From the sequence record MDSV01094252.1: 11,303 nucleotides of DNA. One strand, given 5' to 3'. The position numbers were made by a program, and so were the translations under genes. The notes beneath the pieces are model-generated. The model made no database searches. It worked only from the letters and a program-made list of their open reading frames with translations, and was not told where the DNA came from. The stretch's first letter is position 1, and every line of letters starts with the position of its first letter. This stretch comes from a metagenome. This document shows, one piece after another, positions 6,211-11,303 of the stretch.

Positions 6211-6804
6211 TCACTCGTCGAACGGATACTCCTCGGGCACGAGCTCCAAGAGCTTGACGCGAATCGCAAACTTCTCCCCCGTTCCGCGCAACGGATCGCT
6301 CTCGAACGAACACGCCGTGCGCACCCGCACCGCCTCCAACGCGCCCTGAATCGTCCCGCACAGCGCGTTACAGTAATACAGATCCCCGTACCTCTTCGGC
6401 AGCTCCACAAACTCCGCCAGAGGATTACTCTCCATCTCGATCACGCACTCATCCCTCTCCTCGCTCCAATCCCTCGTCCTCGCCTCGACGTTTAAAAACA
6501 TCTTCAATCCAACCTTGGCCGTCATCTCCATCGCATCCTCGAACGACCGACACCCCCCAGCGCTCGCGTTCGTCTTCGCCAGGTACTCCTCGATGATCCT
6601 CGCCCCGATCGACCGTCCGATTCGCTCCAACGCCCCGTTCGTCGCCTCCACGTCGTCCTCGCGGTCGCGCAAAATCTGCCGCACGAAGGCGCCGTGCGTG
6701 AGCGCGAACAGTTCCGCGTTCACCTTCTCCGCCCCGTTCCAACACGTGCCACCGAGCGTCTCCGGACGCACGCGACGAGGCGTCGTCTGCGCGTTCGGCG
6801 CCAT
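6211..6804 (-). CDS. BET3: TRAPP complex core subunit BET3/TRAPPC3 (197 aa from ATG 6804; the track start at 6807 is a GTG).
   Basis: Full-length similarity to TRAPPC3/Bet3: AELFALTHGAFVRQI, IGRSIGARIIEEYLAK, AKVGLKMFLNV, ESNPLAEFVELP and YYCNALCGTIQGALEAV. The size is typical of the family. The stop TGA is at 6211-6213 on the minus strand. Confidence 0.9.
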   Translation of the reverse strand: MAPNAQTTPRRVRPETLGGTCWNGAEKVNAELFALTHGAFVRQILRDREDDVEATNGALERIGRSIGARIIEEYLAKTNASAGGCRSFEDAMEMTAKVGLKMFLNVEARTRDWSEERDECVIEMESNPLAEFVELPKRYGDLYYCNALCGTIQGALEAVRVRTACSFESDPLRGTGEKFAIRVKLLELVPEEYPFDE

Positions 6805-7054
6805 CACCGCGCGCGCGCGCGTCTCCCGTCCGTCGTCCTCGACGACGGATGATGCCGACGGATGATTCGGATGATTCGTGGCGAGGACCCGAGGGACTCT
6901 TTGTCGAGTCCCAACCCATCAACAAACGACGAGTCACGATTCGAAAAACAGTCCCCGTGCCCATCCACGCGCCCACGTCACGTCCCGTTCCCCCGACGTC
7001 CCCACACGCGCGCGCTCGCCCGCGCGCGCCCGCGTTCGAGCTCCTCCGCTCGGC
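6805..7054. promoter_or_regulatory. Bidirectional promoter / 5' UTR region shared by the divergent BET3 and LETM1-like genes.
   Basis: This is the non-coding interval between two divergent genes. It contains three GGATGAT(T/G)C copies (6847-6855, 6860-6868, 6869-6877) and GAGTCACGATTCG (6931-6943), which is related to the element in the KRI1/SQE promoter. Confidence 0.55.
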
Positions 7055-9283
7055 ATGGCGTCGCTCGCGATCGCGCCGTCCGTCGCGCGCGCGACGACGC
7101 GCGTCCGCGCGAGCGCGAGACGAGGAAATGCATCCACCGCGCGGTGCGCGACGACGCGCTCGAGGCGCGAGCGCGTGAACTCGACGGGGACGGCGTCTTC
7201 GCGCGCGCGCGTCGGTGGGGTGCGCGATGCGATGACGTCGAACATCCGCGGCGATGTTTTGGCGCGCGCGATACGGGACGCCGAGGACGCGGGGGAAGAT
7301 TCGTGGGCGAAATCGTCGAGGGGAGGCGAGGCGTCGGCGTCGGCGTCGGCGACGGGCGAGAGTTTCGGGAATCCGAACGCGAGTGGGTTTAGTTTCGGAT
7401 TGTACACCTCGGCGGGGGCGAAGCCGTACAACAGCGAAGCGGAGGCTCGATCGGACGCGGCGCGCAGGTTGGAGCGTTTAGAGTCGTTGACGCAGTTGAG
7501 GGAGCTGTACGCGATTGTCGTCGACTGCGAGCAGCATTTGGCGGATGAGAATCTCGTCGGTCTCGCGGGGCAGTGTGAGGAGGAGAACGCGTTGCGAGGA
7601 AAACCGTTGAGCTCGTTTACCGTACCGAGCACGGAGCTTGAGGAGGCGATGAGCGTGTTGGAGGAGACGGTGGAGATTTTGTCTTTGCTCGAGGATGAAA
7701 AGCAAAAGTTGCGCTCGGCGGGGACGCTCATGGATGGTAAGTGGGAGCAAGTGTTTAGCGAGACGACGAGCGCTCGAGAGATTTTAGAGAAAAAGTTTGC
7801 CGACTGTGCCGATCGCGTCGAGGCGCGGTCCGCCGAGATGGCGGCGTATTTACCGTACTCGTCGTGCGCCCAGGCTGAGCGCGCGCTCGAAGAGACGCGC
7901 GCCGCCATTGAGGCGGCCGAGGAGGATCAGGGTGAGAAGCAGGTGGGGGCGAGACTGCGGCCGATCGGGCGCAGAGTCGGTCGTTTCACGTCGAGACGGG
8001 TTCGGAGCGCGGAGGGCGTTCTCGGAGAGGGTATCGAGGCGCTCAAATTGAGACCGCGACAGTCGCTGTCCAACGCCGCGAACTACTCGAAGGGCATCTG
8101 GGCGCGCATCAACGGTGTCGGTGACACGGGCACGGTGGAGGCTTTGAAAAACTTTCCGTTGCCCGTGGTGTTTCGTGAACAGCGTGAGGGGCGCATTTTG
8201 CGGCTCACGATTGAGGTTCAGGACAGGGACTTGGCGTTGACCGAGGCGCAGCGGGAACGCGAACACATCATCTCGCAGGGTCGCAGCGCCGGAGCCCTCT
8301 CTCGCGTCGCGCTCGGCGATAAAGTGCGCGTGTGCGACGAAAAGGTGACTCGCATCCGTCGCGTGTTCGCCGTGCGCACGTTCCAAATGGAGATGGAACG
8401 CATCTTGTTGGCGCTCGAGGAAGAGGCGGCGTCTCCGCCGGACGCCTTCTCCAAGGATGAAATCGAGGACATGCGACTGATGGTTGCTGAATTCGGCGTC
8501 ATGGATCTCACACTGCGCAACATGATCTCTCTCGTCGATCGTCAGGAGTCCGAGCTCATCGATGACGAGGATTTATCAAAACTCGCCATGGAGATTCCCG
8601 ACATGAAGCTGCGGTTGGCCATTAACGACGAACCAAACGTGGCCATGTCGCTCGACGTCGCGAGAGAACGCATGATTTTGACGGCGGAGGAGGCACTCTT
8701 GACGATACGCGAGGCAGGAACGTTCATCGTTCGCGGTGTTCGCTTACTAGGATCGGACATCGGAGCGTCCATGCGCTTATTCCTTCGCGCCGCGTTTGGC
8801 ACAACGCTGCGTCCTCGCGAGGTGCAAATTCTTCGTCGCACTGTCCTAGACATCTTCACCTTTGTGCCCTTCGTGATCATCCTCATCACCCCGATCACGC
8901 CGGTCGGACACGTACTCGTGTTCGGTTTCATTCAAAAGTATTTCCCGCAGCTCTTCCCTTCGCAGTTTACCACGCGAAGACAGGAATTGATGCAAAAGTA
9001 CGAAGAACTCAAGGAGCAACTCGCCATCGCCGAAGAGGAAGCCGACGCGGCGAACGAGAGCGCCGCACTTCGCAAAGCCGTCGAAGCGGTGAGTTCCGTC
9101 CGCGGCTTCATCTCAGGTGCGGTACAAGACGCCGCCGAGTCCATAACCTCGGACCGAGGCGCGGATGTGTCGGAGGAACGCATGCAAGCGCTCCGCGCCG
9201 AGTTGGACGAAACCGAGTTACGATTGAGTGAATCCATCGACGACTCCGCGTCGGGCAAAGACGGCGACAAGAAGACAAGCTAA
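7055..9283 (+). CDS. LETM1-like domain protein of the plant type, with a transit-peptide-like N-terminus, a long coiled-coil-like region and a C-terminal LETM1 core with one TM helix.
   Basis: The LETM1 core is LRPREVQILRRTVLDIFTFVPFVIILITPITPVGHVLVFGFIQKYFPQLFPSQFTTRRQELMQKYEELK. The upstream NYSKGIWARINGV segment and the Glu/Leu/Ala-rich helical segments resemble plant LETM1-like proteins. The first real in-frame ATG is at 7055 (MASLAIAPSVARATTRVRAS...), and the track start at 6878 is a GTG. The stop TAA is at 9281-9283. Confidence 0.85.
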   Translation: MASLAIAPSVARATTRVRASARRGNASTARCATTRSRRERVNSTGTASSRARVGGVRDAMTSNIRGDVLARAIRDAEDAGEDSWAKSSRGGEASASASATGESFGNPNASGFSFGLYTSAGAKPYNSEAEARSDAARRLERLESLTQLRELYAIVVDCEQHLADENLVGLAGQCEEENALRGKPLSSFTVPSTELEEAMSVLEETVEILSLLEDEKQKLRSAGTLMDGKWEQVFSETTSAREILEKKFADCADRVEARSAEMAAYLPYSSCAQAERALEETRAAIEAAEEDQGEKQVGARLRPIGRRVGRFTSRRVRSAEGVLGEGIEALKLRPRQSLSNAANYSKGIWARINGVGDTGTVEALKNFPLPVVFREQREGRILRLTIEVQDRDLALTEAQREREHIISQGRSAGALSRVALGDKVRVCDEKVTRIRRVFAVRTFQMEMERILLALEEEAASPPDAFSKDEIEDMRLMVAEFGVMDLTLRNMISLVDRQESELIDDEDLSKLAMEIPDMKLRLAINDEPNVAMSLDVARERMILTAEEALLTIREAGTFIVRGVRLLGSDIGASMRLFLRAAFGTTLRPREVQILRRTVLDIFTFVPFVIILITPITPVGHVLVFGFIQKYFPQLFPSQFTTRRQELMQKYEELKEQLAIAEEEADAANESAALRKAVEAVSSVRGFISGAVQDAAESITSDRGADVSEERMQALRAELDETELRLSESIDDSASGKDGDKKTS

Positions 9284-9296
9284 AGCACTCAATACC

Positions 9297-9320
9297 GCTT
9301 TACAGCTTTACAGCTTAATA
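9297..9320. repeat. 8-bp tandem repeat GCTTTACA x2 plus a degenerate third unit (GCTTAATA), in the AT-rich 3' flank of the LETM1-like gene.
   Basis: Read directly: 9297-9304, 9305-9312 and 9313-9320. Confidence 0.8.
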
Positions 9321-9528
9321 TTACTTTTTTAGTAGTCTTTTCCGCGCCGGCGCTTCTCCTCGCGCCTTCCCATCGGCAACCGCCGCGCGCGACGTCACAC
9401 CGCGGTGCATGCCCGCGCTCGCGCCCGTCGCGTCCGCGTGTGCGTCGTTCGCGTGGACACGCACCTCACGCGTCGCGTGCGCGCGTCCCCGGTCGCCTCG
9501 CGCGTCGTCGATCGCCTCGCGCGCGACG

Positions 9529-9648
9529 ATGACGAAGGAGGACGCCGCGCACTCCTGGTCGTGGCCTTCCGAGACGCCCGCCGGCGCACACGTCGTCGGC
9601 GAGAGTTTTCGAGTCAAAGGGTTACACCTGACGAACCACGAGATTGCG
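9529..9648 (+). CDS. Prolyl aminopeptidase (proline iminopeptidase, MEROPS S33, large PAP type), exon 1. An upstream in-frame ATG at 9409 would add a 40-aa Arg/Ser/Ala-rich presequence.
   Basis: MTKEDAAHSWSWPSETPAGAHVVGESFRVKGLHLTNHEIA matches the N-terminal strand region that precedes the xxVPLD segment in this family. The exon ends immediately before a GTGCGT donor at 9649. Confidence 0.75.
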
Positions 9649-9751
9649 GTGCGTCCACCGGCGCCGTTGAACGCGCGCGCGCGCGCGCGTCGTCACCGTC
9701 GTCGTCGTCATCACCGATCGAGCCACTGACCTCTGTTTCGTCTTCGCGCAG
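9649..9751 (+). other. Spliceosomal intron (103 nt, phase 0) in the prolyl aminopeptidase gene.
   Basis: The donor is G|GTGCGT at 9649. A CTGAC branch-point-like motif lies at 9726-9730, followed by the pyrimidine tract ctctgtttcgtcttc and a CAG acceptor ending at 9751. Removal joins frame 1 to frame 2 and gives ...NHEIA|APLTTDADSPLIRVFIREVV..., collinear with family members. Read-through would hit a stop at 9727-9729. Confidence 0.8.
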
Positions 9752-11104
9752 GCGCCGCTGACGACGGATGCCGATTCACCGCTCATTCGCGTGTTTATCA
9801 GAGAGGTGGTCGCCGCGTCGCGAGGAAAGATGACGCAAACCGAGCGTCGCGCGTTACCGGCGGTGTTGTTTCTGCAGGGTGGTCCGGGCTTCGAGTGCGC
9901 GCGTCCGTTCGAGGAGGGCGGTTGGCTCGCAGAGTTGGTCAAGGAGCACCGCGTGTTTTTGATGGATCAGCGAGGGACCGGGATGAGTTCGGCCGAGCTC
10001 ACGCGCGCGCGGTTCGAAGAGGGTGACGGTGAGACGTTGGTGGAACCGGACGTGAACGTGGCGTCGGGGAGCGACGCGAGCGCGGCGACTCGGTGGGCCT
10101 CACTGCTCAAGTGTTTTCGAGCGGACGCCATCGTTCGCGACGCCGAGTTGTTCCGAAAGCGCGCGCTCGGAGAAGACGTGAAGTGGACGCTCTTGGGTCA
10201 ATCGTTCGGTGGGTTTTGTATCACGACGTATCTGTCTTTCGCCCCCGAGGGCGTCAAGGAGGCGCTGTACACGGGCGGTTTGCCTCCGTTGATTGACGAA
10301 GAGGCGTCGGCGTTGGGCGCGTACACCAAGCTTTTGAATCGCGTCAAGACGCAAAATGAAAAGTTCCACGCGCGGTTTCCGGGAGATAACGAGCGCATAC
10401 ACTACCTCGCGCGTCACATTCAGGAGGTGGACACACCTTTGCCGGGAGGAGGCTCGTTATCCGCGACGCATTTGAGGGCGCTCGGATTTTCCAATCTCGG
10501 CACCGCGCAAGGGATGGAGCGTTTGCACTACATACTCGAGAACGTGCGCGTCGAGCCCACCGGCAAGGCGCCGCTGAGCAAAAAGCTTTTGATCGAGATT
10601 GAAAACGCGTACAGACACTTCGAGACGAATGCGCTCTACGCGATTCTTCACGAGAGTATTTACTGCAGCGGCGGAAACGCGTACGGCGCCGCCGACGAGG
10701 CGTTGCGAAATCGCACAGAATTCGACACCGTCGCCGGTTTCGCCGCCGATCCGAGCAAGCAATTCCTATTCACCGGCGAGATGGTGTACGAGAGCTTCTT
10801 CGAAGACATTCACTCTCTTCGCCCCTACCGCGAAATCTGGAGAGCGCTCGCCCGCGAAGAAGAGTGGACGACATTATACGACGTCGAGCGTCTCGGCGCC
10901 AACGAAAACATCCCCGTAGCGTGCGCGAGCTACGTCGAAGACATGTTCGTCGATTTCGATCTCGCCGCGGACACGGCGGCGAAAATTTCCGGCGCCAGAG
11001 TGTGGTCGACGTCCGAATACATGCACTCCGGCATTCGAGAAAACGGCGCCCTCATCGTCAGCAAACTCCTCTCGTACACTCGAGACGAGGATCCGATTCG
11101 TTGA
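9752..11104 (+). CDS. Prolyl aminopeptidase, exon 2 (alpha/beta hydrolase).
   Basis: Contains LFLQGGPGFECARP, VFLMDQRGTGMS and FRADAIVRDAELFRK. The nucleophile elbow is LLGQSFGGFC. Further matching blocks are ALYAILHESIYCSG, FLFTGEMV and IPVACASYVEDMFVDF. The His motif is STSEYMHSGIRENG. It is collinear with Aeromonas-type PAP as I recall it. The track start at 9791 is a GTG internal to the exon. The stop TGA is at 11102-11104. Confidence 0.92.
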   Translation, partial: APLTTDADSPLIRVFIREVVAASRGKMTQTERRALPAVLFLQGGPGFECARPFEEGGWLAELVKEHRVFLMDQRGTGMSSAELTRARFEEGDGETLVEPDVNVASGSDASAATRWASLLKCFRADAIVRDAELFRKRALGEDVKWTLLGQSFGGFCITTYLSFAPEGVKEALYTGGLPPLIDEEASALGAYTKLLNRVKTQNEKFHARFPGDNERIHYLARHIQEVDTPLPGGGSLSATHLRALGFSNLGTAQGMERLHYILENVRVEPTGKAPLSKKLLIEIENAYRHFETNALYAILHESIYCSGGNAYGAADEALRNRTEFDTVAGFAADPSKQFLFTGEMVYESFFEDIHSLRPYREIWRALAREEEWTTLYDVERLGANENIPVACASYVEDMFVDFDLAADTAAKISGARVWSTSEYMHSGIRENGALIVSKLLSYTRDEDPIR

Positions 11105-11114
11105 TCACCCGCCC

Positions 11115-11147
11115 GTCTACGACGTGTCTACGACGTGTCTACCACGC
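11115..11147. repeat. 11-bp tandem repeat GTCTACGACGT x2 plus a degenerate third unit (GTCTACCACGC), directly after the aminopeptidase stop.
   Basis: Read directly: 11115-11125, 11126-11136 and 11137-11147. Confidence 0.85.
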
Positions 11148-11208
11148 GTCGTGTAAATGATTACTACATGTTCTAGATTACCGCGTCGCCCGCCCCCTCT
11201 CGCGCGGC

Positions 11209-11303
11209 TCACCTCTCTCGCCCCTCCGCCTCCACCTCGCGTCGCTTCATCGCCTCGTGCTGCGCGCTGTAATGCGTGAATCCCTTGACCGTCGTCGCCA
11301 GGA
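11209..11303 (-). CDS. 3' end of an unidentified minus-strand gene that continues beyond the window (...LATTVKGFTHYSAQHEAMKRREVEAEGRER*).
   Basis: The minus-strand frame from 11301 down to the stop TGA (plus-strand tca at 11209-11211) has GC3/NCG-rich codons. Its stop and the aminopeptidase stop flank an AT-rich patch, as at the SQE/BET3 convergent pair. It is too short for the ORF track and shows no recognisable homology. Confidence 0.4.
   Translation of the reverse strand, partial: LATTVKGFTHYSAQHEAMKRREVEAEGRER

Noticed and set aside
6449-6976. 175-aa minus-strand ORF and the 116-aa plus-strand ORF (6515-6865) overlapping BET3 and its promoter.
   Set aside because: They are off-frame or antisense relative to the full-length conserved BET3 frame. 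Their products are Arg/Gly-rich or Ser-rich low complexity.
6878-7054. 59-aa N-terminal extension of the LETM1-like ORF, plus the overlapping ORFs 6849-7178 and 6862-7392.
   Set aside because: The 6878 start is a GTG, and the first in-frame ATG is at 7055, where a typical MASL... presequence begins. The extension would consume the whole shared promoter with BET3.
6934-8931. Long antisense ORFs in the LETM1-like gene (6934-7908 at 324 aa, 7850-8386, 8218-8523, 8542-8931).
   Set aside because: They share the wobble phase with, or are off-frame to, a plus-strand frame that carries the LETM1 core. Their products are Ser/Ala/Arg-rich with no recognisable domains.
1715-9398. ACGTCAC / GACGTCAC (ACGT-core, bZIP-like) motif seen in several intergenic regions (1715-1721, 4161-4167, 6975-6981, 9392-9398), plus CACGTG at 1719-1724.
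   Set aside because: The same heptamer also occurs inside coding sequence (for example 549-555, and as its reverse complement at 40-46). It is built from the most abundant di- and trinucleotides of this genome, so the occurrences are not distinguishable from chance without genome-wide statistics.
9649-9751. Possible intron-encoded snoRNA in the aminopeptidase intron (a CTGA at 9726-9729 and a GTGATGA-like box).
   Set aside because: The UGAUGA-like box is on the antisense strand only. The CTGA is better explained as the CTGAC branch point. No terminal stem or C/D arrangement exists on the sense strand.
1-11303. Prokaryotic-style accessory system (CRISPR array, defence or toxin-antitoxin cassette, integrase or transposase, operon structure, Shine-Dalgarno-led gene strings).
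   Set aside because: No repeat-spacer array or inverted terminal repeats are present, and no recognisable mobile-element or defence domains. The genes are eukaryotic housekeeping types (KRI1, TRAPP BET3, LETM1-like, sterol SQE) in mixed orientation. There is also a spliceosomal intron and a nuclear Pol III tRNA gene.

Overview
This window looks like nuclear DNA from a GC-rich, very compact eukaryotic genome, not a prokaryotic locus. Gene content and style point to a green picoalga of the Ostreococcus/Micromonas (Mamiellophyceae) type. That assignment is an inference from plant-type protein similarities, GC3/NCG-rich codons, intergenic spacers of about 70-250 bp and rare short introns. Five protein genes are confidently recognisable: a KRI1-like ribosome-biogenesis protein (-), squalene epoxidase (+), TRAPP subunit BET3/TRAPPC3 (-), a plant-type LETM1-like domain protein (+) and a large-type prolyl aminopeptidase (+). 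The aminopeptidase has a 103-nt spliceosomal intron that the ORF track misses. There is also an intron-containing nuclear tRNA-Pro(CGG) with a downstream T8 Pol III terminator, and partial genes at both window edges. The interval 340-1500 has an unresolved coding assignment. I see no CRISPR array, transposon, operon or defence-like cassette, and the neighbouring genes are functionally unrelated housekeeping genes. I therefore do not claim a novel multi-gene system. The items most worth a second look are a 13-bp outward-facing inverted repeat (GAGTCATGACCCG) in the KRI1/SQE bidirectional promoter, with related copies nearby and in the BET3/LETM1-like promoter. Others are telomere-repeat-like (telo-box) direct repeats upstream of the tRNA, the intron-bearing tRNA-Pro, the Ser/Arg-rich N-terminal extension on squalene epoxidase, and the ambiguous overlapping ORFs at 383-1348. 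The ORF track accepts GTG/TTG as starts and prints them as M, so several ORF starts were moved to the first real ATG.
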